Shown piece by piece: positions 44,686-55,908 of a DNA stretch of 64,000 nt. How positions within the stretch are numbered: the first letter of the stretch is position 1; each line of letters opens with the position of its first letter. Source of the stretch: a virus; IMG/VR virus record IMGVR_UViG_3300045988_172778, positions 1 through 64,000 of that record; one strand, 5' to 3'. Under the pieces are notes generated by a model, which searched no databases, had not been told where the DNA came from, and saw only the letters and a program-made list of their open reading frames with translations. Position numbers and translations under genes: made by a program.

Positions 44686-45360
44686 ATGGGGCTTCCTATG
44701 TATTTTGACGACAACGGGTATAACCGTTATAACGACCTCGACGGGTTGGAGTGGCGAATTATACACGCGTTGGTAAACAGCGACTCGAAATACGGCAAGT
44801 ATTTGTGGAAGTTGCTGAAATATAACACGCCTGATTGCCTTATGAATGATGAACTCAACAACAAAGAGAAGTATAAAATGGTTTATCGTGACAATGGCGA
44901 TGCAAGCAATTATAACGTATTTTTACTTCCGTTTATCGACGACGGTTGGACAAAGCAGGCTTCGAGGCTTGACGTTTACGTGAGCCGAATCGAGCCTTTT
45001 GATCAAGTTCGCTCGAAAGTCGATGTAACGCTCGAAATTATAGTTCATAACAAAATCAATAACGTTTACGGCGATGCGGATGATGAAGAAAACCCGCTGA
45101 CGAACCCGACTGAAACTGATGAAGATGGGAACATCTTAATTCCGACGAAGAGCCGTGCAACCACTATTTTGAAGTGCGTTTTGGCTATTTTAAACGGCTT
45201 ATACGTCGATGGTGTCGGTACGTTACAGTGTAATCAACTGACAAGCCCGTATTGCGGAGTAAGAAGTTACGTCTGGAACGACCGCTCGTATTTTGGTTAT
45301 TCGGTTACATTCTCGACGGTTATGGCGCAAGAAACGGTTAATCCTGATTGCGGTTGGTAA
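44686..45360 (+). CDS. hypothetical structural protein (224 aa)
   Basis: ORF with AAAGGAGG SD. Confidence 0.65.
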   Translation: MGLPMYFDDNGYNRYNDLDGLEWRIIHALVNSDSKYGKYLWKLLKYNTPDCLMNDELNNKEKYKMVYRDNGDASNYNVFLLPFIDDGWTKQASRLDVYVSRIEPFDQVRSKVDVTLEIIVHNKINNVYGDADDEENPLTNPTETDEDGNILIPTKSRATTILKCVLAILNGLYVDGVGTLQCNQLTSPYCGVRSYVWNDRSYFGYSVTFSTVMAQETVNPDCGW

Positions 45361-45373
45361 GGCGGTGATTTAA

Positions 45374-46375
45374 GTGAAAATTTATAACCCCAATTTACCG
45401 CAAAGCCTCGTTGATGAGCTTAATCGGCTTAATGCAACGTATTTTCAATTCGATGAACCCGTTCCATTTAAAGACGGTTTAATGTTATACCCGATAAACG
45501 TTCGGTATCATGATGAATTTTTAGCCGCGTCGGAGTGTTTGACACTTAATAAAGACGATGTAGAAGGAAATGAAGAGAAAACTAACCTCGAATATCTTTT
45601 ACTGAAGATGAGCGGGAAGGCCGAACAACAAGATGAAGATGGACCGCCGAAAGGCGCGTTAGAAAAAGCCGCCGAAGAGAAAAAGGCAAAAGAAGAGCAG
45701 GCTCGAATTTCACAGTATTTTATACGCATTTGCGAATTGGTTTTTCACGTAAAATATGGCATTCGTTGTGCGAAGTGTGGAAAAGTTTATGATTATCAAG
45801 AGTTTTTAATAAAAGCGCTTGATAAAGAACATCCATTCCATTGCGAGTGTTATAAAGGCGAAGAAGGTGAGGAGGAAGATTTCGATATAAACATAAAATA
45901 TCGAATGAACCCCGAAACTAAAAAATACGAAATTTTGATTAACGGAATTACAATAACATCGGAAGACTTCGACCGTTTGAGACAAATTGTAATGTATCAA
46001 AATTTGCCTGACTTTAAAGATGACACTTGGGTCGACCCCGATATGAGAGCCGACCAAGCGGAGAAACAAAGGCTTTTGGCGAAGAAAAACAACGCTGGAA
46101 CCGCGACACTCGAAAGAAAGATTGTTTGCGTTTCGGCGAAATCGTGTTATAAAATCGAAGATATTTACAAATTAACAATGAGAAAATTCTTGATTTTGTT
46201 GTCTGCGATTGATGACGCGATGAATTATGAGTGTACACGTATCGGTCTAATGACTGGTATGGTGAGTATGAAAGAACCAGTTGAACACTGGATTTATAAG
46301 AAAGAATCTGATGATTTGTATGGTGGAGAGGCAGTAAGTCTTGATGATATACAAGAAACAATTGATTCTGCATAA
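45374..46375 (+). CDS. hypothetical protein (333 aa, GTG start) with Cys cluster
   Basis: GTG after AAGGCGGTGA. CAKCGK...HCECY. Confidence 0.6.
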   Translation: MKIYNPNLPQSLVDELNRLNATYFQFDEPVPFKDGLMLYPINVRYHDEFLAASECLTLNKDDVEGNEEKTNLEYLLLKMSGKAEQQDEDGPPKGALEKAAEEKKAKEEQARISQYFIRICELVFHVKYGIRCAKCGKVYDYQEFLIKALDKEHPFHCECYKGEEGEEEDFDINIKYRMNPETKKYEILINGITITSEDFDRLRQIVMYQNLPDFKDDTWVDPDMRADQAEKQRLLAKKNNAGTATLERKIVCVSAKSCYKIEDIYKLTMRKFLILLSAIDDAMNYECTRIGLMTGMVSMKEPVEHWIYKKESDDLYGGEAVSLDDIQETIDSA

Positions 46376-46485
46376 CAATTTACAAAAAATTATGGCTTTA
46401 AAAATGTGGTTAATCCGCTGCATTTTTTTATTGCTTGATTTTAATATATATAAATTTATATAAATTAAAAAAGGAGAAAATTAAT

Positions 46486-47322
46486 ATGGCTAATTATATT
46501 CTTGGCGATGTTATGAAAGCCGAAGCCTTTGTCCGTGGCGAAGACGGCAAACTTCAGCATTATTTCAGCGCGAATACAATGACTGATAGCACGCTTAATA
46601 TATCTGTTACCGCCGAAGAAATTCGTGGTGGTTGGGGAAACCAGCTGCTTGGTAAAATATTCCATGACACTAACTTCGGTGTAAATCTTACTGAGGCTAT
46701 GTGGTCGCTTGATTATCTTGCTGCTCAAATTGGCGAAGAAGTTAAGAAGGGCGCTGGTAAAGATCTTAAATCCGTTGCTGGAACAGTAGCGGCCGAAGGC
46801 GCTCTTACGGTTACTATTCCCGAAGGAGATACTATAGCTCCCATGTTCGACAAGGCGGCTGGTTTCTGTGCGGCAGCTGATAATACTCTTGTAGTTTGGG
46901 TTAAGGACTGTAACGATGAAATGTTCACTTATACTGCTACGAAGGATGGAGATGGAAATACTTATACGTTCCAACTTGTTGGCGATGCTAAACCCAAGGT
47001 TGGCGCGGTTTGTGTTACTTACCCCACTGAAGTGACTGATTGCGAACAACTTATAGTTTCCGCTGCTTACGCTCCTAAGGAATTTAGCTTATTCCTTTAT
47101 GGCAAACTCTTTGCTGGTAATGGCTGCCAAAAATCCAAAGGTAAATATGCTGGCAAAATAACCATCGAAATTTCGAGATTCCAACTTGATGGTACGGTTG
47201 ATCTTACGATGAACCCGAGTTCCGCTGCTTCCGTTTCGCTTAACGGTCAGGCTCTTGCTTCTGGCTGCAGCTGCGATGGCGAACCTCAATATGCTACCAT
47301 TACAACTATCATAAATAAATAA
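46486..47322 (+). CDS. abundant virion protein candidate (278 aa; tail tube/tubular protein?)
   Basis: ATG after AAAGGAG. Gly/Ala-rich beta-type sequence. Function is a guess. Confidence 0.6.
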   Translation: MANYILGDVMKAEAFVRGEDGKLQHYFSANTMTDSTLNISVTAEEIRGGWGNQLLGKIFHDTNFGVNLTEAMWSLDYLAAQIGEEVKKGAGKDLKSVAGTVAAEGALTVTIPEGDTIAPMFDKAAGFCAAADNTLVVWVKDCNDEMFTYTATKDGDGNTYTFQLVGDAKPKVGAVCVTYPTEVTDCEQLIVSAAYAPKEFSLFLYGKLFAGNGCQKSKGKYAGKITIEISRFQLDGTVDLTMNPSSAASVSLNGQALASGCSCDGEPQYATITTIINK

Positions 47323-47504
47323 TGAGTTGTAAGTTTGCAACTGTGAAAGACATGAACCCTGTTAGATGTGCGATTGATAACGTTGGGAGATGTCTTTTTC
47401 AGTATTGGTGCTCTGCCGATAGATGTTATAAATGTATCGGTGACACAATAAAATGTAAACATTATCAAGAAGCAGATAATTCTAAACAACTGAATAAAAA
47501 ATAA
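47322..47504 (+). CDS. small Cys-rich protein (60 aa)
   Basis: TAATG overlap and no SD. Seven Cys. Confidence 0.35.
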   Translation: MSCKFATVKDMNPVRCAIDNVGRCLFQYWCSADRCYKCIGDTIKCKHYQEADNSKQLNKK

Positions 47505-47513
47505 TAATAAATG

Positions 47514-47561
47514 GAGACCGTTGAATGTGTTAATTGCGATACGTTCGCGGTCTCTTTTTTA
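47514..47561 (+). terminator. intrinsic terminator
   Basis: GAGACCG...CGGTCTC with an inner stem, followed by TTTTTTA. Confidence 0.65.
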
Positions 47562-47678
47562 TCCATCGTATAATAAAATAAAACTTTTATTCAACAATTT
47601 TATATTAAAAGTGAGTAAAAAAGGTGTAAAAGTAGCAAAATTAATAACAAAAAATACTAAATATTGCGGGGATGAATT

Positions 47679-48290
47679 ATGTTATATTTAGATTATGCTA
47701 AACAAATTGATTCGGGGTACATTTTAAATCTTTTTGCAGATTCATTTGAAGACATAAAAGAAGTATCCAATGGTAAAAGTTTTGTAACGAAGAATGGCAC
47801 TAATTACGGAGTACCACAAGCGGGAAGTACGGTTACAATAACCACTCCTAATGCACCCAAGACTACTTATGTTATAGATGCAGAAGGAACGTGGGTAGTC
47901 GCTGAGAATATCTCTTATTCTGCGGTTGTAGCAAACCCCACAGACGAAGCGACGGAAAAGCTGGAGAAACTTAAGGTAAATGACACAACTTACGGCGTGG
48001 GGTCAAAGTTATACAGAAAAACGGTTATTGTTACAAAAGATGAAAATAAATGTTATTTTACAACATTTGAGAGCAATAGCAATAAAATAGTCGGGCGTTA
48101 CAGACTTTTTGGTATCGGCAGTTGCTTAATTGATGGAGTTTGGTATCCATGTAACAATATCAGAATGACGGAAGAAGTAAATTCTGAAACAGATTTCAAC
48201 GCTCAAATAGGTTACGTTAAATCTGAGGTTAACGTTTTTGTAGCTAAATTCGAAAACGCAACAGCAACAATAACCGTGGAAGAGGTGTAA
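47679..48290 (+). CDS. tail fibre paralogue, MLYLDYAK-type N-terminus
   Basis: The first ~75 aa are collinear with 48332-49447. Confidence 0.6.
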   Translation: MLYLDYAKQIDSGYILNLFADSFEDIKEVSNGKSFVTKNGTNYGVPQAGSTVTITTPNAPKTTYVIDAEGTWVVAENISYSAVVANPTDEATEKLEKLKVNDTTYGVGSKLYRKTVIVTKDENKCYFTTFESNSNKIVGRYRLFGIGSCLIDGVWYPCNNIRMTEEVNSETDFNAQIGYVKSEVNVFVAKFENATATITVEEV

Positions 48291-48331
48291 TATAAATAAA
48301 ATAAAAAAAATAAGATAAAAGGAGGATTAAT

Positions 48332-49447
48332 ATGTTATATTTAGACTATGCAAAACCTGTTGATGGCGGTTATATACTTAATTTCTTCGCCGATAAAGTT
48401 GAGGATATGGAATCCATAACTGGCGGCAAAGAATTTATCACAAAGAACGGCACGAATTACGGCGTTCCCCTTAAAGGTTCGACGGTCGTAATAACCGCTC
48501 CTGACAAAGAGAAGAAGACGTTCGTTCTCGATGAAAATGGGGAATGGAACGAGGGCGGATTAGACCCGAACCAATTTTACACGAAGGAAGCTGCTGACGA
48601 AAAATTCATGGAAAAGGCAGGCGGCTCGATAACTGGCGACCTTACCGTTGGTGGTAATCTTGTTGTAAACGGAAAGACGACCACGGTTGAATCCGAGAAC
48701 CTCGCCGTTAAAGATAAACTTATCGAGGTTGCGGCTGGAAACGCGGCGAAGCTTGCGGCACCCGCTGGTCTCGTTGTCCCGAAATATGACGGGACGAATT
48801 CTGGTGCGCTCGTATTTGACGGCGACGGAATTGCTTATGTCGGTGACGTTGTTTTGAACGCGAAAGGCGATATAGACGTTTCGCAGAGTGACCTTGCGGC
48901 GTTGGCGGTAAAGAAAGATATACCCACTGATTATCTTGTCGGTGGCGAGCAGACAGCCACTTCTGAAGACGATGGCGGAGCTAACGTATTCACGTTCACG
49001 AAAGCTGACGGAAAGACCGCAACATTTACAGTGAAGAACGGATCAAGGGGCGCAGTTGGTCCCGCAGGCCCCGCTGGCGCAAAGGGCGAAACTGGTGAAG
49101 CAGGAGCCCAAGGCGCGGTTGGCCCGACTGGTCCCAAGGGAGACAAAGGAGACGTAGGTCCGACTGGCCCGCAGGGTCCGAAAGGCGATGCGGGTGCGGC
49201 TGGTGCAGCGGGTGCGGCTGGTCCGAAAGGTGACGCAGGTCCGCAGGGACCTATTGGTCCGACAGGCCCGAAAGGAGATCAGGGTGAGACTGGTCCCGCA
49301 GGTGCAGCTGGCGCGAAAGGCGCAACGGGTGCGCACGTTACAGCTATAACGCTTACGAAGGATTCGACGGGCGCGATAACTAGCGGCACGGCTTCTTTGA
49401 GCGATGGCACGAGCGTTCCCATAACGGTAACGGTTGCAGAAGCGTAA
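48332..49447 (+). CDS. collagen-like tail fibre, MLYLDYAK-type N-terminus
   Basis: N-terminal paralogy plus ~94 residues of GXY. Confidence 0.7.
   Translation: MLYLDYAKPVDGGYILNFFADKVEDMESITGGKEFITKNGTNYGVPLKGSTVVITAPDKEKKTFVLDENGEWNEGGLDPNQFYTKEAADEKFMEKAGGSITGDLTVGGNLVVNGKTTTVESENLAVKDKLIEVAAGNAAKLAAPAGLVVPKYDGTNSGALVFDGDGIAYVGDVVLNAKGDIDVSQSDLAALAVKKDIPTDYLVGGEQTATSEDDGGANVFTFTKADGKTATFTVKNGSRGAVGPAGPAGAKGETGEAGAQGAVGPTGPKGDKGDVGPTGPQGPKGDAGAAGAAGAAGPKGDAGPQGPIGPTGPKGDQGETGPAGAAGAKGATGAHVTAITLTKDSTGAITSGTASLSDGTSVPITVTVAEA
49048..49330 (+). repeat. collagen-like GXY triplet tract
   Basis: [22 protein letters not shown]...GAKGATG. Confidence 0.9.
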
Positions 49448-49523
49448 CAAATAATATAAGCGTGGCGATTTCTTTCATAAATTGAAGGCGATCGCCGCGC
49501 AAAATAATAGAAAGGAGATAACA

Positions 49524-49856
49524 ATGGATACCGAAAAAATCGTTTTATATATTTCTTTAGGAATTGTTTGTCTTTGCTTAATCACAGCTTTAATTGTGAA
49601 AATTGTGAAGCTTTGCAAAATGCCCAAAGAAGAAAGAGAAAAGGTTATAAAGACTTATCTAAAAGGCATAATCATGCTGGCGGAAGAGGAAATTATTGGT
49701 ACGAAAAAAGGTGAGGAACGCCTTGCGATGGTTGAAGAATATTTCAATAAAAATGCCCCGCTGACGTATCGGATTATTTTGTTTCTTCTCGGGAAAGATA
49801 ATTTAAAAAATTTAATCGAAGATGCACTCACCGAGATCAAGGAAGCGTTACAATAA
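49524..49856 (+). CDS. small N-terminal-TM protein, LL-H-holin-like (110 aa)
   Basis: Start at MDTEK after AAAGGAG. One TM segment, then a charged helical tail. Resemblance is weak. Confidence 0.4.
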   Translation: MDTEKIVLYISLGIVCLCLITALIVKIVKLCKMPKEEREKVIKTYLKGIIMLAEEEIIGTKKGEERLAMVEEYFNKNAPLTYRIILFLLGKDNLKNLIEDALTEIKEALQ

Positions 49857-49913
49857 TATAGAAATTTTGTTGTAGAGGTATTTCCTCGAGGTGACGGTAG
49901 AGGGAGGGAAACA

Positions 49914-50996
49914 ATGGCGCAAAAATATAAAAGTAAATGGACGGGTCCACAAGTCGACGAGGCAGTCGGGAACGTCTCAAAAAAAATAGACAAAGACAGT
50001 TTGACTGGCAGTAACGGGATAACTATTAACAAAACCGTTTCGACGATAGAAATAAGCGGAGTTGAATTGGTAAAAAAGACGACAGAAGCTAACAGGGTAT
50101 ATGGAACCGATTCAACTGGCGGGCAGGCTTTAAAGCCGTTTGCCAACACCCCAACCCCTTCTGCCTTGGCGGCGTATAACGACGTTTCTAACTTAAAAAC
50201 GTCTGTGCCCGTCGAAGATTTGGATTGTACGAACAAGAAATATGTAGATGATGCAATAGCAGGAGTGGCAGAAAGTGTAACAGTCGACGGAACCTCGCTT
50301 GTCAAAGATACCGACGGGAAAATCCAGCTCAATCAGGAGTACATCGACTATCTCGACAACCAGCTCTATCAGCCGCCCGCTATTTCGGTTTTCACCATGC
50401 TTGATGCGGCTGGTGCTGCGCTTCCCACGAGTAACGAGTTGGGCACGACTTTAAGCGCGGCGGCGTTTAATCACCAAGAAACGAACATCAAGAACATCCA
50501 GGGTGATAACGTCGAGTTGCACATTAACAATGCGGCGGCTGCGACAATTTCAGCCGCGAAGAAAGACGTTGCAACAAAGGTGACTCTCACAACGGCGCAG
50601 AGCATAACAAACAGTACCAAATTCACACTCAAAGGCACGAACACGAAGGGCGCGGCTTTCAGCAGAGATTACCAAGTCAACTTTTACAGATACGCATACA
50701 CGGCGACGACAGACGCGACAACCGCTCCGACAAGCGGCGCAACGCAACAAGCGGCAGTCAGCACTTTCGCGTCGAACGGAAGTACGTTCAACTACACCAA
50801 GGGCGGGTATATATACTTCTATACCGACAACACAGGCAAGAAGGTTCAGACGAACGTTTTAGGTCAGTGGGCGGATGTTGATACGACAGACATGGGCAAA
50901 GTTACGCTCACGCAAAGTAACGGCTCAACACACGAATATACGTGTTACAGAATCGGACCCTTCATCGAGACGGGTTCCGCTAAATATAGAGTCTAA
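49914..50996 (+). CDS. tail fibre paralogue, MAQKYKSKWTGPQVD-type N-terminus
   Basis: Shares its N-terminus and NKKYVDDAIAGVAESV with 57729-58736. Confidence 0.65.
   Translation: MAQKYKSKWTGPQVDEAVGNVSKKIDKDSLTGSNGITINKTVSTIEISGVELVKKTTEANRVYGTDSTGGQALKPFANTPTPSALAAYNDVSNLKTSVPVEDLDCTNKKYVDDAIAGVAESVTVDGTSLVKDTDGKIQLNQEYIDYLDNQLYQPPAISVFTMLDAAGAALPTSNELGTTLSAAAFNHQETNIKNIQGDNVELHINNAAAATISAAKKDVATKVTLTTAQSITNSTKFTLKGTNTKGAAFSRDYQVNFYRYAYTATTDATTAPTSGATQQAAVSTFASNGSTFNYTKGGYIYFYTDNTGKKVQTNVLGQWADVDTTDMGKVTLTQSNGSTHEYTCYRIGPFIETGSAKYRV
50238..50280 (+). repeat. exact 43-bp direct repeat, copy 1
   Basis: AAATATGTAGATGATGCAATAGCAGGAGTGGCAGAAAGTGTAA. Confidence 0.95.
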
Positions 50997-51008
50997 GGAG
51001 GGTGAATT

Positions 51009-51368
51009 ATGGCTTTAACGATAAATACAAACATTAAGAATGAGGCTAACGGCTACTCTTTAGACGCTTCGCAAGTTAAGGGCGGATATGTGGTAGTCGC
51101 GAATGAAGACGAAAGAAACGCAATCCCCGCCGCAACGAAGGTAAATGGAACGACGATTTACCAGGCGGATGTTGGGAAGGAATATAGATGGGATGGCAGC
51201 GAGTGGCTCGAGGTTTCGGGAGGCGGGACCGAGGTTACTCCAAACCCAACCTTAAGCGGAACGGAAGCGGCTCTTTCCGCCCTTCAAATAGGCGATACGA
51301 AGTATCGAATAGAAGGCTCTTTAACAACTCTTATGGTTGGCATTGATTCCTCGCTTTTAGGAGGTTGA
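51009..51368 (+). CDS. hypothetical fibre-module protein (119 aa)
   Basis: ORF with AAGGAGGG SD. Confidence 0.6.
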   Translation: MALTINTNIKNEANGYSLDASQVKGGYVVVANEDERNAIPAATKVNGTTIYQADVGKEYRWDGSEWLEVSGGGTEVTPNPTLSGTEAALSALQIGDTKYRIEGSLTTLMVGIDSSLLGG

Positions 51369-51370
51369 TT

Positions 51371-52846
51371 ATGGCAATTAAAAGAGCGATAAAAGCGGGA
51401 GATAAAAGTATAATTTCATTTAAGAAGGCAATTAAGGTTGGCGAGATTACTCAATTAGTCAATTCTACTACAATTAGTCCATTACCATCTATAAGTGGTG
51501 TGTCCGTGACGTATGATGGAAAAGGTACAATTCATTTATCGGGCACTTGCCAAGGTGGTGGCGGCAGAGTCTCTTGGGGTATTTATATGGAGATGATAAA
51601 GGGGCATAAATATCTGACAGAATCTTTTATTGATGATGCACTTTTATATTTAACAAATTATAATGTAGGTAGTATTTTTCAGGGTATTTTATCAACTACG
51701 CCTATTTTTGAATTTACTAAAGAAAGTGGAAAATATAGAATGGGCTGGAATCTTCTTAATGAAAAAACTTATAATGTAGATATTACCCCCCAACTCTTCG
51801 ACCTGACCGATATGTTCGGTGCGGGACACGAGCCCACCACCGTTGCTGAGTTTAAGGCGAAGTTCCCTGAAGCGTATTATCCTTATCAAAGGGCTGTTTT
51901 GAACGTGTATAATAAGGTGGTCAGACCGTGCGTGAGAAAGGGAGAGGTTGTACAGTTAGTCAACCCAGTAGATTTTGGTTTTACAACACAGACTGTTAAT
52001 GGTATTACTTTTACAAATAATAATGATGGAAGTGTAACTATAAACGGAACAGCAACTAGTGATGCAGCATATAGATTAATATTAAACAGAGACAAAATTA
52101 TAAATGGATATGTATATTTATATGGTTCTGAACAAAATACTAATGATTATGGTGTTGCATGGGGAACTAATTTGCCACAGAATTTAACTTTTAATACTGC
52201 TTCAATTAATAATAATTATACTGTTATAGTTAAAAATGGGGCTACGGTAAATAACATAACTATTTTTCCGCAGATATATAATCTCACTGCCATGTACGGA
52301 GCAGGTAACGAGCCAAAAACTCTCGCTGATTTCAGGAAAGATTATCCAGAGAGTTATTATCCGTATAGCCCAATTCAGACGAAGAATTTGTTCGATATAA
52401 GGAAAGTTAGTGGGTTGATTAGTAGTCTACTTGGCAATCTTAATTATTATCTTACTAAAAATTTAACTCAAAATTCTTTGAAAATTCGTTATGGTGGATA
52501 CGGAACGGGAGCGTTTTTAAAAGAACCATATATCTTGTCAGCAGGGACTTATACATTTAGTTGTAATTGTGATTATGATGTTATTAACAACAGAGGCGGT
52601 GTTCATTTGTTCGTTGGAAAGAAGGCAGCAGACGGGTCGAGAATGAACGAGATAGCTAGTGGTCCTTACCGCCAGGTACATCGTTTAGTTTTAACTTTTA
52701 CCCTGGCGGAAGAAACCGAAGTTTATTTATCTCTGCAAGGTGATGGCGGACCTACTAATTATACTAACCTAAACAACGTATTTTTCAATATTCAACTCGA
52801 AAAAGGCTCAGTCGCCACAGATTACGTGCCGCATGACTACATTTAA
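51371..52846 (+). CDS. tail fibre/receptor-binding candidate with internal duplication (491 aa)
   Basis: ATG 6 nt after AGGAGG. Repeated ...PQLFDLTDMFGAGHEPTTVAEFKAKFPEAYYPY / PQIYNLTAMYGAGNEPKTLADFRKDYPESYYPY. Confidence 0.6.
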   Translation: MAIKRAIKAGDKSIISFKKAIKVGEITQLVNSTTISPLPSISGVSVTYDGKGTIHLSGTCQGGGGRVSWGIYMEMIKGHKYLTESFIDDALLYLTNYNVGSIFQGILSTTPIFEFTKESGKYRMGWNLLNEKTYNVDITPQLFDLTDMFGAGHEPTTVAEFKAKFPEAYYPYQRAVLNVYNKVVRPCVRKGEVVQLVNPVDFGFTTQTVNGITFTNNNDGSVTINGTATSDAAYRLILNRDKIINGYVYLYGSEQNTNDYGVAWGTNLPQNLTFNTASINNNYTVIVKNGATVNNITIFPQIYNLTAMYGAGNEPKTLADFRKDYPESYYPYSPIQTKNLFDIRKVSGLISSLLGNLNYYLTKNLTQNSLKIRYGGYGTGAFLKEPYILSAGTYTFSCNCDYDVINNRGGVHLFVGKKAADGSRMNEIASGPYRQVHRLVLTFTLAEETEVYLSLQGDGGPTNYTNLNNVFFNIQLEKGSVATDYVPHDYI

Positions 52847-52863
52847 AAGGAGGAAAATGAGAA

Positions 52864-54156
52864 ATGGCAGTAAATTATACAGATGTCCAAAAGACAGAAA
52901 AATATATATCAAGAACTAACTTTGACGCCTTGGAAATGGCGGCAGTCCCCGAAGGGACAGAATTCAATATCGTTGATCCGATTCACGAGAGCGATTTAGA
53001 CAGTGACGTTTTACAGAAGCTTAATAACAACGCGAAGATAAACACAGCGAATACTTTTACAGCGGCACAGACGTTTAAGAAAGATATCACGATCGAAGGG
53101 AACATCATTCAGAACGGCAGTGCTTATGAGACGCACGCGGAAAAGCTTTATACGAAGAATGACATGATTTACACGCGCGATGGGGCGACCGCCGCGTTGG
53201 CAGATAACGCTTATACGGGAATTCAGGCAGTCAAGTATGACGGTACGAATGACGGGCAGTTGGTGTTCGGAAAAGATGGCGTCGCACGTGTTGGAGATGT
53301 CGGGAATACACAGCCTTTGGCGACGAGGGCGGAGGCAGGCGCGATTGTGGACAAGCACTTGCTTCAGTGGGACGCGGCTGGACAGACACTGGTTGACAGT
53401 GGAAAGAGCGTGAGTGATTTAGAGGGTGGCGGAGGAGATGTAATCGCCGCTGGCACTAATACTTTCACGGGGAACAATACTTTTACTAACGGTATAACTG
53501 TGGCGGCAGATAGTACGGCTACTTCTGCTCATATCGTATATGGAAGCGATGGTATTAAAGTAAAGAAAGAAGGAACCCCTGCGGCTAGCCCAGAATTTTC
53601 TATTAAAATTCCTACTGATATACCAGGAACTTTTGCGGTAATAAATGCTGTAAGTAATACCCTCAATACTACTGGTTTAAATGTTTCAAGTTCTGCAACA
53701 ATAGAAAATATGCTTCTTGGCGGTTTAACTTTTAAACCAACTGTCACATATTTTAGTGTAGGAAGTTTTAAAATCACGCTCCCTACAAAGACAAGCACTC
53801 TCGCCACAACAGACGATATAAGCTCTTTTGTTAAAAATAATGCTTCTACAAATTTTTCGGTTTATGATGAAGTCAGCGGTAACAAATCTACACTTGGTTA
53901 TAGCGGGCTAACATTAGAAGATCCTGTTGCTCATAATACTTGCACACTAAGTGCCGCTGGATTAGTACACAGACAAATGAGTAATGATGGAGCAATAACA
54001 AACCATAATACTACCTTGGCATTTGAGAGTGCTGGTTTAACTACAACATTAACAGTTCCTAATAAAACTGGTACTCTTGCTCTTACAGGTGATATTCCGA
54101 TTAGTTCGGCAACTTTAAGCGACAACGACACAACCTTAACGCTTATTCTTAGATAA
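52864..54156 (+). CDS. tail fibre protein (430 aa)
   Basis: Fibre-like NTFTGNNTFTNG repeats. SD is present. Confidence 0.6.
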   Translation: MAVNYTDVQKTEKYISRTNFDALEMAAVPEGTEFNIVDPIHESDLDSDVLQKLNNNAKINTANTFTAAQTFKKDITIEGNIIQNGSAYETHAEKLYTKNDMIYTRDGATAALADNAYTGIQAVKYDGTNDGQLVFGKDGVARVGDVGNTQPLATRAEAGAIVDKHLLQWDAAGQTLVDSGKSVSDLEGGGGDVIAAGTNTFTGNNTFTNGITVAADSTATSAHIVYGSDGIKVKKEGTPAASPEFSIKIPTDIPGTFAVINAVSNTLNTTGLNVSSSATIENMLLGGLTFKPTVTYFSVGSFKITLPTKTSTLATTDDISSFVKNNASTNFSVYDEVSGNKSTLGYSGLTLEDPVAHNTCTLSAAGLVHRQMSNDGAITNHNTTLAFESAGLTTTLTVPNKTGTLALTGDIPISSATLSDNDTTLTLILR

Positions 54157-54167
54157 GGAGGAACGGT

Positions 54168-54887
54168 ATGCCTTGGGTAATAGATAGTAAACTTAAAGTG
54201 GAAACGACGTTGCTTCAAAAAGTCGTGGTAAATGGGGAAGAGCTTTATAAAGTTGATTGCGTGGATAAAAACGGCGTAAAGCACACGGTTTTTCACAGGT
54301 ACTGGGTCGAACCCACTGGCGGAAGCAGCGATAGCGAAACCATGGACTCGGTGGGCAATGGCAGTATCGCCATAGGGATAATTAACCACGCATTTACTGA
54401 TGAATTAAAGAATGCGTGGGGCGTTCTCGAGTTCGATACGGGATTTCATTCTGATTTAGCACAAACTTACAATTTCAGGAGAGAAGTACCCGACGAAGGT
54501 AGGGACGAAGAAGTCGATATAGCTCAAACGGTATTAGACTTTTTCTGTTGCATAACGAAAAAGGACTATGCGAATTTTGATATTCTTCAGTCGGCTCTCA
54601 CAGATATTTGCAACGATGGCTCGTTTAGTCAGCTCATAGAGCAATATGGATTAGCCACCAAAATAACCGAATGGATAAATACATGGATTCAGGAGCAGAC
54701 CGACGCGGGGACTTATACCGAAGCCGCATATCAAAGCTTCATCTCAACGGTTGATGGAAGCGGAACAAACCTCAAAGAAAAGATGAACGGCGACGAGAGC
54801 TTTCAGCAGGCAAGACAAGATTTCTTGACGCTTATGGCAAATCAATTAGGGATTACCAAAGACGAGCTGTTAGGCGGAAACTGGTAA
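54168..54887 (+). CDS. hypothetical fibre-module protein (239 aa)
   Basis: ORF with TAAGGAGG SD. Confidence 0.6.
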   Translation: MPWVIDSKLKVETTLLQKVVVNGEELYKVDCVDKNGVKHTVFHRYWVEPTGGSSDSETMDSVGNGSIAIGIINHAFTDELKNAWGVLEFDTGFHSDLAQTYNFRREVPDEGRDEEVDIAQTVLDFFCCITKKDYANFDILQSALTDICNDGSFSQLIEQYGLATKITEWINTWIQEQTDAGTYTEAAYQSFISTVDGSGTNLKEKMNGDESFQQARQDFLTLMANQLGITKDELLGGNW

Positions 54888-54909
54888 GCAATACAATAAG
54901 AAGTAAAAT

Positions 54910-54948
54910 GGCAGACTTTAAGATGTTAGCGGCTTGTTAAAGTCTGCC
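54910..54948 (+). terminator. 12-bp perfect hairpin
   Basis: GGCAGACTTTAA-15 nt-TTAAAGTCTGCC, then TATTT. Confidence 0.5.
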
Positions 54949-54973
54949 TATTTACAAATATGGAGGGATTTAG

Positions 54974-55867
<894 letters not shown>

Positions 55868-55908
55868 ATAATCTTATTAAAAAAATCAATCAAGGAGGGA
55901 TTTGCCAT

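Noticed and set aside
49043-49450. Long antisense or alternative-frame ORFs across the collagen-like tracts (also 55466-55711, 59160-59547 and 60068-60578)
   Set aside because: GXY-coding DNA is open in several frames on both strands. These ORFs have no starts with SDs, and the products are Arg/Cys/Pro junk.
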